Made by a program: the position numbers and the translations under genes. 32,000 nucleotides of DNA from Caedibacter taeniospiralis (lineage in GTDB: Bacteria; Pseudomonadota; Gammaproteobacteria; Francisellales; Francisellaceae): contig NZ_PGGB02000007.1 in NCBI RefSeq assembly GCF_002803295.2, positions 1 through 32,000 on the forward strand, written 5' to 3'. Shown piece after piece: positions 20,565 to 30,665 of this stretch. Numbering within the stretch: position 1 is the stretch's first letter; each line of letters starts with the position of its first letter. Under the pieces are notes generated by a model. The model had not been told where the DNA came from, made no database searches, and was given only the letters and a program-made list of their open reading frames with translations.

Positions 20565-20819
20565 ATGACACTCTATGACACAATTATTGAAAGGCTTGAT
20601 AAAAAATTCGCTCCGACCTTTATTGAACTAATAGATGAGACAGATAAACATAAGCAGCACAAACAATTTCAAACTGGGAAATCACACTTTAAATTACACA
20701 TTGCTAGTGTCAGATTTGCAACCCTTAGTACACTCGAAGCACACCAGGAAATCTACGCCTGTTTAGAAGATCTCATGCACAATAGTATTCACGCCCTATC
20801 GATCCATATCCACAAATAA
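20565..20819 (+). CDS. BolA-family protein
   Basis: FAPTFIELIDETDKH...ESHF-like GKSHFKLHIASVRFATLSTLEAHQEIYACLEDLMHNSIHALSI. Start at internal ATG 20565 rather than 20502. Confidence 0.8.
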   Translation: MTLYDTIIERLDKKFAPTFIELIDETDKHKQHKQFQTGKSHFKLHIASVRFATLSTLEAHQEIYACLEDLMHNSIHALSIHIHK

Positions 20820-20975
20820 CCATCATAAAAAGGAGGAAATACGCCCGGGGGAAAGTGCAAAAGCCCTGAACTGCTTAAAAATACTTGCTTTGAGCGTGTG
20901 TTTCAATGTTTCTTGCATCGAACTCACGTTATACTAAGGCGCAAAAGTGTAGGACGATTCCTTAAAAATTCTTCA

Positions 20976-21602
20976 ATGTCGAAAAACAAACACAGTAAAA
21001 GCAGTAAACGCTGGTTAGATGAACATCATAGCGACCATTATGTTGCGAAGGCGAAAAAAGATGGCTTTCGCTCTAGAGCCGCATACAAGCTTCTTGAGCT
21101 CCAGGAGAAAGACAGGCTATTTAATCAGGGTATGACGGTGGTTGATCTTGGAGCTGCGCCTGGTGGCTGGTCACAAGTCTTAACTGAATGTGTAGGCAGC
21201 CAGGGCAAGGTGTTTGCGCTGGATATTCTTGAAATGGATCCCTTGCCTGAAGTTACTTTTATCCAGGGTGATTTCACTGAAGATGAATCCTATCAGGCAT
21301 TGATGCAGCTTACCGCAGGTGAATCGATTGACTGGGTTATTTCGGATATGTCACCTAATATGAGCGGTAATCGCAATACCGATCAGGCAGGCTCCATGTA
21401 TCTGGTGGAGCTTGCTCTTGATTTTGCTGATAGCGTGTTAAAATCTCATGGCAATTTTTTGGCAAAAGTTTTCCAGGGCGAGGGCTTTGATGCTTTTGTT
21501 AAGAAAATACAACAACAATTTCAGAAAGTGGTAATTCGCAAACCTGATGCTTCACGTGCCCGTTCGCGCGAGGTGTATGTTATTGGTTTTAATAAACGTT
21601 AA
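20976..21602 (+). CDS. rlmE: 23S rRNA (uridine-2'-O-)-methyltransferase RlmE/FtsJ
   Basis: GFRSRAAYKLLELQEKDRLFNQGMTVVDLGAAPGGWSQVL; DWVISDMSPNMSGNRNTDQ; SREVYVIGFNKR. Start at 20976 (MSKNKHSKSSKRWLDEH) preferred over 20898. Confidence 0.93.
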   Translation: MSKNKHSKSSKRWLDEHHSDHYVAKAKKDGFRSRAAYKLLELQEKDRLFNQGMTVVDLGAAPGGWSQVLTECVGSQGKVFALDILEMDPLPEVTFIQGDFTEDESYQALMQLTAGESIDWVISDMSPNMSGNRNTDQAGSMYLVELALDFADSVLKSHGNFLAKVFQGEGFDAFVKKIQQQFQKVVIRKPDASRARSREVYVIGFNKR

Positions 21603-21612
21603 TGGAACAACT

Positions 21613-22170
21613 ATGGGCTATCGATTATCAAAAATTTACACAAGAACTGGTGATCAGGGAACAACAGCATTATCTAATAACATCCGTATTGAAAAATGCG
21701 CACCCATTATTGAAACCATTGGGCAAATTGATGAGCTTAATGCTGCCATTGGTGTGATCGTCGCTTTTTCTCATGACACTGTCATTAATGAACAGCTTCA
21801 ATACATTCAGCAGCATTTATTTAATATTGGCGGTGAGCTGTCTTTTCCTGAATTTAGTCAATTGAATACTGACTCGATTACAATGCTTGAAAAACAAATA
21901 GATGATTGGAATGAAAGTCTTGCTCCCTTGAAAGAGTTTATCTTACCAGGGGGCTCGCAATGCTCGGCACTGTGCCATCAGGCTCGCACCATAGCGCGCA
22001 AAACCGAAAGAAGCTACGTGGCTTTGATACAAGATAAAACGCAGCCTAATAATCCATTGATTCTAAGTTTCCTTAATCGACTATCAGATTATTTGTTTGT
22101 ATTAGCACGCTTTATTAACCTTAACGATCACCATCCCGAAATACTATGGGCAAGTCATCGAGGTTGTTAA
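21613..22170 (+). CDS. Cob(I)yrinic acid a,c-diamide adenosyltransferase, PduO type
   Basis: KIYTRTGDQGTTALSNNIRIEK, GQIDELNAAIG, FILPGGSQCSALCHQARTIARKTER, LNRLSDYLFVLARF. Confidence 0.92.
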   Translation: MGYRLSKIYTRTGDQGTTALSNNIRIEKCAPIIETIGQIDELNAAIGVIVAFSHDTVINEQLQYIQQHLFNIGGELSFPEFSQLNTDSITMLEKQIDDWNESLAPLKEFILPGGSQCSALCHQARTIARKTERSYVALIQDKTQPNNPLILSFLNRLSDYLFVLARFINLNDHHPEILWASHRGC

Positions 22171-22250
22171 AATAAACAATCAGAACTCAGGAGAGCTTAG
22201 TTTCTAAAAAATTTGGCACACTAACGATCCAAAGTGCCATTAAACTTGAA

Positions 22251-23144
22251 ATGAACAAAAACTGGAGCAAACACGTGGAACTTCATATGCAAAATCTCAA
22301 TCAATACCTTCAGTGGATTATTTCTTTAATCTTGGAGCATTTACCTAATGTGGTACTGGCAATCATTATTTTTATTGCGGGCTTCATCATCGCCAAAATC
22401 GTTAAGAATAGCACCCAAAAGCTGCTGCTTAAAACCAAGTTAGACAAAGCCGTAACTATGTTTTTGATGCAGATTCTGCATATTTTTTTGATTATCTTTG
22501 TTATCTTAATTGCTATTAGTGAGCTAGGCATATCAACAACTCCGCTAACCGCGGCAATTACTGCTTTAATCGTTGGGATTGGCATGTCGTTAAGAAACTC
22601 AGCCAATATCGTTGTATCTGGCATTATGCTTGTTTCCACACGCCCATTCAAAATTGGCGAGTTTGTTGATCTTGGGGGTGTCACTGGTACTGTGGAAAGT
22701 ATCAGCTTTGTATTTTGTACTTTGCGCACTACCGATGGACTGGAAGTTAAAGTTCCTAATAGCTTGGTGACTGCACGCATTATCACTAATTTCTCCAACA
22801 ATGAATTCAGACGGAACGATTTTACTGTTGGTATTAGCTATGATAGTGACTTGAAAATGGCAAAAGCGCTATTGCAATCACTTCTCGAACGCCATGATAA
22901 AATCATCAAAGACGACAGCAAAGCCCCCATTGTTCGTGTTGATGTGCTTGCCGATAGCAGTGTGAATTTACTTGTGCGCTATTGGACTAAACGCGCTGAC
23001 TTCTTTGAAACCAAATGGGCGCTAACAGAACAAGTCAAACTCTGTTTTGATGAAAACAATATCGAAATCCCTTTCCCACAAAGAACACTGGATATTAAAG
23101 CCAATCAAGCCGAAGGCATAAGCTATAGCGTTGATAAGAAATAA
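22251..23144 (+). CDS. Small-conductance mechanosensitive channel, MscS family
   Basis: TAAITALIVGIGMSLRNSANIVVSGIMLVSTRPFKIGEFVDLGGVTGTVESI; IPFPQRTLDI. Confidence 0.93.
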   Translation: MNKNWSKHVELHMQNLNQYLQWIISLILEHLPNVVLAIIIFIAGFIIAKIVKNSTQKLLLKTKLDKAVTMFLMQILHIFLIIFVILIAISELGISTTPLTAAITALIVGIGMSLRNSANIVVSGIMLVSTRPFKIGEFVDLGGVTGTVESISFVFCTLRTTDGLEVKVPNSLVTARIITNFSNNEFRRNDFTVGISYDSDLKMAKALLQSLLERHDKIIKDDSKAPIVRVDVLADSSVNLLVRYWTKRADFFETKWALTEQVKLCFDENNIEIPFPQRTLDIKANQAEGISYSVDKK

Positions 23145-23818
23145 TTTGCCAATACTAAATCTATGGGCATTGTGATTTTTATATTTCTCTTATCACCATT
23201 GACAATAAGTGGCTGATGATCCAACGCCTCAATGGCTGAAGCTTCGTCGGTTACCATGATGTTGTTATGTAGACAGAAATAATATCCCATAAGCAAGGTG
23301 CGATAGCGAAAAGCCTGTGGAGTTTGCGCAAGGTAAATACACCTGCGATCCAGGGTTTTGACAATATTCTGTTGTTCATCAACTAATTTTACCGTATCAG
23401 ATACCGCAGTTGCCAATATCCCACCTATGGTGTTCTCTATACGGATTGCTGCATACAGTCTTCTCACATCGTCTAAATTCACGCAGGGTCTTACAGCATC
23501 GTGGACAAATATCCAGTCATCATCTTCAGCCACATTTTTTAACGACATCAGTGCATTACGCACGCTATCACCGCGTTCCTTGCCTCCTGCGCATATCCTA
23601 ACGCGTGCATTACTAATGTGAATGGAGTTTTTCCAATGACGATCTCTTGAATTAAGCACAACCACCACTAAATCAAAAAAAGGCTCATTTAATAAACGAA
23701 AAATTGCCGTGTCCAGAATGGATAAGCCATTATCCAGCTTAATGTACTGCTTAGGCAACTCTTGCTGCATTCTACTTCCAATACCACTTGCTGGAATAAT
23801 CAGGATTCGCCTCATCAA
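23123..23818 (-). CDS. ispD: 2-C-methyl-D-erythritol 4-phosphate cytidylyltransferase
   Basis: IIPASGIGSRMQQELPKQYIKLDN; VHDAVRPCV; TPQAFRYRTL; VTDEASAIEA. Tail-to-tail overlap of 22 nt with mscS. Confidence 0.92.
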   Translation of the reverse strand: MMRRILIIPASGIGSRMQQELPKQYIKLDNGLSILDTAIFRLLNEPFFDLVVVVLNSRDRHWKNSIHISNARVRICAGGKERGDSVRNALMSLKNVAEDDDWIFVHDAVRPCVNLDDVRRLYAAIRIENTIGGILATAVSDTVKLVDEQQNIVKTLDRRCIYLAQTPQAFRYRTLLMGYYFCLHNNIMVTDEASAIEALDHQPLIVNGDKRNIKITMPIDLVLANYFLSTL

Positions 23819-24131
23819 TTATCTTCCTGTAGTGAAACTTTTTTATTTTGAACCATTACAATTTGATAAAAAACTTCACCTTCCTTGATAAACCCCAGGT
23901 TTTCTCGTGCCATACCTTCCAAAACTGAATTATTCTGGCGCAAAGAAAGAATTTCAGCATACCAGTGCTTATTGCGCACTTCTAAGACGCCATTGTCCGC
24001 CTGCTTGATATTAACAGCTTCTGTTAGGGACCGCGTTGCAAAAAAACCCGTTTTACTCCACCAAAAGTCATACTGTAAGGTTGCTATACCAATAAGCAGA
24101 ATTGCAATAAACAGAGTATAACGCGAAATCA

Positions 24132-24132
<1 letters not shown>
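23815..24132 (-). CDS. ftsB: Cell division protein FtsB-like (septum formation initiator)
   Basis: Short single-TM protein with MARENLGFIKEGEVFYQIV motif, located between eno and ispD, the classical gammaproteobacterial context. Confidence 0.85.
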
Positions 24133-25682
<1,550 letters not shown>

Positions 25683-25772
25683 TTACCCTAAATGCCTAGC
25701 AGATTAAGCGTTAGATTGTGTTGTCAGGTGAAAAGACAACAACATGTAAAACAACCCTACCTTTTCCCATCG

Positions 25773-26417
25773 CTAGTTTTCCTCTATCCCATCATTAAGT
25801 TCAATAAATGGTAATTCATACCACGCATCCAGTTTTTGCTTAAATTTCTCTAAGCCTGTACCTGTTTGCGCTGAAAACAATTGAAAACTGATATTATCCC
25901 GTACCCTTAGCTGTTTTAGATAATCACGCATCAAGCGTTCAGCTTTAGCCTTCTCAGCATTCTTAAGCTTGTCGGCTTTCGTTAATAGAACATGTAGATT
26001 CAGGTCACGCCCAACAGCAGCTTCGATCATCATACAATCGAAGTCTTTAATGGGATGGCGTGAATCAACCAGTAATACAATTCCCTTTAAGCATTGCCTT
26101 GTGGTGAGGTACATCTCAAGTGTTTTTTGCCAACTGGCTTTGATTTTTTCTGATACTTTGGCATATCCATAACCTGGCAAGTCGACCAGGCGTTTGTGCT
26201 CTTCCAAAGTAAACAGGTTAATCAACTGCGTTCTACCTGGGGTTTTACTGACTCGTGCCAGTTTCTTTTGTTCAGTCAGCGCGTTTAATGCACTTGATTT
26301 CCCTGCATTTGATCGCCCTGCAAATGCTACCTCAATCCCATAATCATCAGGCAACTGCTCCACTAAAGATGCGCCCATTAAATATTTTGCATTACGATAA
26401 TTCATTATTGCTCTCAA
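25773..26417 (-). CDS. engB: Ribosome biogenesis GTP-binding protein YihA/YsxC
   Basis: [50 protein letters not shown]. Confidence 0.94.
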   Translation of the reverse strand: MRAIMNYRNAKYLMGASLVEQLPDDYGIEVAFAGRSNAGKSSALNALTEQKKLARVSKTPGRTQLINLFTLEEHKRLVDLPGYGYAKVSEKIKASWQKTLEMYLTTRQCLKGIVLLVDSRHPIKDFDCMMIEAAVGRDLNLHVLLTKADKLKNAEKAKAERLMRDYLKQLRVRDNISFQLFSAQTGTGLEKFKQKLDAWYELPFIELNDGIEEN

Positions 26418-26923
26418 TTATTTGACTTATTTAAATTTGCTTTTAACTGATCCAGTAGATGTCTGCATGCTGTATCGATCATTAGATACACTTGATCAAA
26501 GCCATCGTTATAGTAAGGGTCAGGCACATCATCAATAGATAACTCAGGAGCGTAATCCAAAAGCTTGACAATTTTCACCATGCCAGACTTTGGAGCTATA
26601 GACAGCATGTCACGGATATTTTTATCATCCATTGCAATCAAATAATCATAGTGCTCAAAATCTGATGTAACCAGCTGTCTTGAGCGTAAATCACCAATAT
26701 CGCAATCAAATTTCAAGGCAGTTGCAATCGTTCTTGGATCAGCTGCATCCCCTTTATGCCATCCATCTGAGTGCGTTCCTGCAGACTCTATTTCAAAATA
26801 ATCCGCTAAATCTGCCTCTTCTACTAACTGGCGAAAAATCCCATGTGCCGTTGGCGAGCGGCAAATATTTCCCATACAGACAAACATTACTCTAATTTTT
26901 TTCATTTTTTTCACTCTTTTCAT
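26414..26923 (-). CDS. Low molecular weight protein-tyrosine-phosphatase
   Basis: [15 protein letters not shown] active-site loop and DVPDPYY general-acid motif; overlaps engB start by 4 nt. Confidence 0.93.
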   Translation of the reverse strand: MKRVKKMKKIRVMFVCMGNICRSPTAHGIFRQLVEEADLADYFEIESAGTHSDGWHKGDAADPRTIATALKFDCDIGDLRSRQLVTSDFEHYDYLIAMDDKNIRDMLSIAPKSGMVKIVKLLDYAPELSIDDVPDPYYNDGFDQVYLMIDTACRHLLDQLKANLNKSNN

Positions 26924-27013
26924 TCTGACTCTAAAAAAATATCGCCTACAAATTGCAGCATTTTTTGCTGTGCATCAGTGTATTACATTTTTATAGAGGA
27001 TTGACAATACTAT

Positions 27014-27487
27014 TTATTTACGCCATAACCTTGCATCGACTAAAAAGGGAAGCTGTTCAACGCTCTTCACAACCTGACTAAATTTCTCATGTTCAGGATT
27101 TAGTAAGTAATTCCATTCCCTGGGGACAACCGCACTTGGCACTGCAAGCACCATGCTTTGACAGGATCTAAGCCAGTCATCACCCAAAGCAGCGGTTTCA
27201 GGTGGAGCAGGCTGATCTTGCCAGCATTTGGGTAGATGTTCTCGATCAACATACTGAATTTCTGATTGTGGCAATTTAACTTGCAATAGTGTGTAATTTT
27301 GCAGTAAGGAATAATCTTCTAGATGGACGAAAATTTCTAAAATAGCAAGTGATTCAGAGCTTGCTACATATACACATGGCATGCCTTTACTATTCCATCT
27401 GCCTCCATATAGTTTTGCACCATCGCCAGTAAAAGCATTACTCAGCCATTTGGTTTTAACTAACCTATACGCATAAACAGTACTCAC
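27014..27487 (-). CDS. RES-domain toxin (NAD+-depleting type family)
   Basis: YRLVKTKW...GGRWNSKGMPCVYVASSESLAILEIFVH, PREWNYLLNPEH; GTG start overlapping the upstream Xre-type gene as GTGA. Confidence 0.88.
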   Translation of the reverse strand: MSTVYAYRLVKTKWLSNAFTGDGAKLYGGRWNSKGMPCVYVASSESLAILEIFVHLEDYSLLQNYTLLQVKLPQSEIQYVDREHLPKCWQDQPAPPETAALGDDWLRSCQSMVLAVPSAVVPREWNYLLNPEHEKFSQVVKSVEQLPFLVDARLWRK

Positions 27488-27912
27488 GCAAAAACACCAT
27501 GCTCAAGGCGCCCAATTAAATCTAAAACAGCTTCGGTTTCCGCTGATGTCCTTAACATCTCCACAGGGCGTTTTCCGCCTAAGCCAGCAACAGAGGTTTG
27601 CAGCCAACTTTTTGCTTTTTCATTATGACCTTCAAATAAGTCCAGCGTCGCTTTGTATACTTCAGCGTAGCGATATAACCTATCACTTTCTGCTTCTGTG
27701 AAGAACCCAGATTTAAATCTTCTATTAAGAGATGCTGATGGAATGGTGGTGATTTCTGCCAGTTGTTTCTTCTCAAGACCAGAAATGACCGCAAGCTTGC
27801 TAAAAACATCGCAGCTAAAGCCATTGTGTATCGCTTGATATAAATCCTGACCACGGGAAGGCATGCCGACAAATGCCCAAAAATCGCCTTGCTTTACTGA
27901 TGTTGCTATCAT
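27484..27912 (-). CDS. Xre/MbcA/ParS-type antitoxin (DUF2384 C-terminal toxin-binding)
   Basis: KQLAEITTIPSASLNRRFKSGFFTEAESDRLYRYAEVYKATLDLFEGHNEKAKSWLQTSVAGLGGKRPVEMLRTSAETEAVLDLIGRLEHGVFA. ATG at 27912 preceded by GGAG-tttata; the ORF track start at 28020 runs into the MNT gene. Confidence 0.88.
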   Translation of the reverse strand: MIATSVKQGDFWAFVGMPSRGQDLYQAIHNGFSCDVFSKLAVISGLEKKQLAEITTIPSASLNRRFKSGFFTEAESDRLYRYAEVYKATLDLFEGHNEKAKSWLQTSVAGLGGKRPVEMLRTSAETEAVLDLIGRLEHGVFA

Positions 27913-27924
27913 TATAAACTCCAC

Positions 27925-27959
27925 AATCATATGATATATCAAAATAATATCATATGATT
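27925..27959. promoter_or_regulatory. Putative autoregulatory operator: 13-bp inverted repeat built of two ATCATATGAT palindromes
   Basis: aatcatatgatat (27925-27937) / 9-bp spacer / atatcatatgatt (27947-27959), just upstream of the proposed antitoxin start. Confidence 0.75.
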
Positions 27960-27973
27960 TTATAAATACCAAC

Positions 27974-28300
27974 TTAGCACTTGCTTTGATTCCAATAAAA
28001 AAGCTGACCACACTGATCAATATGCTCTAAAAGCGCCAGATTACTAATCGTATGATAGTTACATAAATCGATTAAATAAGGGGTGTTTAACGAATCCAAT
28101 TCTTGAGAGACTCTATCCAGTATTTCTTGATTGATATTTTGTCCTTTTAACACCAGATCAATATCTGATCCTGCTCTTTCTTTATTCATTGCACGTGATC
28201 CGTAGATAATTACTTGCTCTACTTCAGGAAACTGGGTAAAGACATTAGCAAAAATATTTATCAGGCTCTGCGCCAGACCAAACTTTACTGGTTCTGTCAT
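27974..28300 (-). CDS. MNT-domain nucleotidyltransferase (MntA-like antitoxin candidate)
   Basis: GSRAMNKERAGSDIDL matches GSX10DXD; 108 aa minimal nucleotidyltransferase. Confidence 0.88.
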   Translation of the reverse strand: MTEPVKFGLAQSLINIFANVFTQFPEVEQVIIYGSRAMNKERAGSDIDLVLKGQNINQEILDRVSQELDSLNTPYLIDLCNYHTISNLALLEHIDQCGQLFYWNQSKC

Positions 28301-28707
28301 AACTTTAAACTCATCGTTTGCGCCAATTGCTCAAAACAAAGGAGATAAATATCATGAACTTTAGTGAATTCTTGCTGTAATAAATTTATATCATAAGTAT
28401 GTACAGTTCGATTGCGACTTTCTATCATATCCATCCATATCTGCCCTTCTTTAATTAAGCCAAGATTAAATGCCAGTCGAGTTGCACTTCGTGAACCAGT
28501 AATATTCTGATGACCTTCAAATTCCAAAAAATCTTTAAGTACTTTCCAAGCCAGCTCATGTGTGAACTCAAAGCGCTGAAGCACCCCTTCTTTAACTATA
28601 TCTGGAGCGCTATCATCATAATCTTGTATTGCTTGGCGTAACTGCGCTAACGCTTTTCGATAATTAGAAAAACGCTGTTGCCAACGTATATTTTCTTTAT
28701 AACTCAT
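28297..28707 (-). CDS. HEPN-like nucleotidyltransferase substrate-binding protein, HI0074 family (HepT-like toxin candidate)
   Basis: RFEFTHELAWKVLKDFLEFEG and RNRTVHTY (RX4HXY); ATGA overlap with the MNT gene. ATG at 28707 preferred over TTG at 28710. Confidence 0.88.
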   Translation of the reverse strand: MSYKENIRWQQRFSNYRKALAQLRQAIQDYDDSAPDIVKEGVLQRFEFTHELAWKVLKDFLEFEGHQNITGSRSATRLAFNLGLIKEGQIWMDMIESRNRTVHTYDINLLQQEFTKVHDIYLLCFEQLAQTMSLKL

Positions 28708-29606
28708 CAAACTCTCCCACTTAGTATTGAAACTTTTCTTCGCTTAACGTAACGCAAAATAGGCTCAATCGCAATTGATGATAGAATCAATACACATGCA
28801 AAAATCATATTTATGCTGATATGATCTCCCATAATGATGACACCAAATAGACTCCCAAATAATGGCACCAAATAATTAGATAATGAGCAAAATCCTGCCC
28901 CCGCACGCTTGATTAAACTGACATATAGCACATAAACCAGACCTGAGCAGAATACCCCAAGCGACAATGAAGCAAGAAATGGAGATATTGAAAAGTGAAT
29001 ATTTGATAGCGAACCGTTGCTTGAGTTAATAACGCACATGACAATACTGCCCACAATAAACGCATCGCGTGATAGTACAAAAGAATCCTCCTGCGGCAAA
29101 CTACGAATCACAATAAGGGCTAAGGCAAATGACAAAGCTCCCATCAAAATGGCTATTTGTGGCATGTATGACATGGATAATCCGTTGCGTAAATCTGGAA
29201 GAAATAAAACGATAAGACCTGCAAATCCCACAAGTACACTAAGAAATTTAACACCTGTTGCACGCTCAACTCCCGTTAAAAGCATCAGAACAATCGTGAA
29301 AAATGGAATAGTTCCCATTAAAATCGATGCCATACTCCCTGAAACAAATTGCTGCCCCCACATTATCAAAACAAACGGGATAACAACCTCAAGCAGTCCA
29401 ATGATAATTACTTTTAACCAGCTCAGGAGATCTCTTTTTGCATATTTTCTTCTGGTTATAAGACAAAATATAATCAAGAAAACTGCGGCATAGAAGGTTC
29501 TAAGAAAAGATAACTGCTCAGGTGTGTATGTAGACAAAGATAAATCAATCAGAATAAATTGCCCGCCCCAAATCAGTCCGATAATGAGTAATAGCAGGTA
29601 GTTCAT
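28707..29606 (-). CDS. EamA/DMT-superfamily transporter
   Basis: ~10 TM segments; IIGLIWGGQFILIDLSLSTYTPEQLSFLR; LVPLFGSLFGVIIMGDHIS. Confidence 0.88.
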   Translation of the reverse strand: MNYLLLLIIGLIWGGQFILIDLSLSTYTPEQLSFLRTFYAAVFLIIFCLITRRKYAKRDLLSWLKVIIIGLLEVVIPFVLIMWGQQFVSGSMASILMGTIPFFTIVLMLLTGVERATGVKFLSVLVGFAGLIVLFLPDLRNGLSMSYMPQIAILMGALSFALALIVIRSLPQEDSFVLSRDAFIVGSIVMCVINSSNGSLSNIHFSISPFLASLSLGVFCSGLVYVLYVSLIKRAGAGFCSLSNYLVPLFGSLFGVIIMGDHISINMIFACVLILSSIAIEPILRYVKRRKVSILSGRV

Positions 29607-29621
29607 TGCGCTATTTTGAAT

Positions 29622-30101
29622 TTATCGGTATTCTACCGAAATGATTTCATAATCAACAATTCCAGCTGGGGTAGCGATCCTGGTCTCATCACCCTCTTCT
29701 TTGCCAATAAGTCCTCTTGCCAGAGGGGAACTTAGTGAAATCTTATTTTCTTTAATATCAGCTTCATCCTCGCCAACAATCTGATACGTCATTTCAGTTT
29801 CAGTTTCTGTATTAAGCAGCCTAACCGTGGCACCAAAGATGACTTTGCCTGTATTGGTTATGCTGGTAACATCAATAACCTGCGCATTACCAAGCTTGGC
29901 TTCCAGCTCTTGAATACGCCCTTCAATAAAACTTTGCTGCTCACGTGCGGCGTGGTACTCTGCATTTTCTTTTAAATCACCATGCTCACGCGCCTCAGCA
30001 ATAGCTGCTATTACTTTAGGTCTTTGCACACTTTTTAGATCTTGCAATTCTGCTCTTAATGCCGCCTCACCACTTACTGTCATTGGAATTCTTACTGCCA
30101 T
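29622..30101 (-). CDS. greA: Transcription elongation factor GreA
   Basis: [57 protein letters not shown]; [30 protein letters not shown]. Confidence 0.96.
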   Translation of the reverse strand: MAVRIPMTVSGEAALRAELQDLKSVQRPKVIAAIAEAREHGDLKENAEYHAAREQQSFIEGRIQELEAKLGNAQVIDVTSITNTGKVIFGATVRLLNTETETEMTYQIVGEDEADIKENKISLSSPLARGLIGKEEGDETRIATPAGIVDYEIISVEYR

Positions 30102-30218
30102 TATTCACCTTCTGGTCTATTTTATATTCTTGCTAAATGGCGTTGATCACATTTCTGCCCACAAAAGCATACTGAATACGCGCCAGCGTTTATTGGCTCT
30201 GACTATTTTTCTGCCCTC

Positions 30219-30286
30219 TGTCATCCTGCGCTAGGGGCGAAATATTTTTCGTCCCTGGCTGGATTCCCGCCTTCGCGGGAATGACA
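30219..30286. repeat. Intergenic palindromic element of the 'ATTCCCGC..GCGGGAAT' type with TGTCAT/ATGACA ends
   Basis: tgtcat ... aggggcgaa/ttcgtccct hairpin ... attcccgc-cttc-gcgggaat ... atgaca. Confidence 0.8.
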
Positions 30287-30665
30287 GCAATAAAAACGCC
30301 TGATATAAGAGATTACATCAGACCTTTTTCGCTTGATTTTTATGGAAGGCTATTATACCTAAGCAGGTATTGTTTGCAATTTTCAAACAGCAAATCTTAC
30401 CAAATTTGGCGTAAACTGATAGAAAGTGGGATTCCCCTTTGCGATAGCGTTTATATTAACCATTTGCAATTGCCAGGAAAAAACAACCGTGAACAAAAGA
30501 GTGCTTACCAACATTGCCAGAAGACATTGTTTTAATTTCATAAGCTTTCAAACTAACCGCTAAAACATTCTGACTCACATTGCGTGCTTGTGTGCCAGAA
30601 CTCATGCCAATCAGATTAAACAGGTTTCTTGCTGCTAAGGTATTCTGTGCATAATCGATTACTCA

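Noticed and set aside
25720-25740. gttgtc...gacaac hairpin between eno and engB as a terminator
   Set aside because: Stem is only 6 bp and has no T-run on the relevant strand.
30281-30535. 84-aa plus-strand ORF (MTAIKTPDIRDY...)
   Set aside because: Begins inside the palindromic element, has no recognisable family and no clear ribosome-binding site; most likely spurious.
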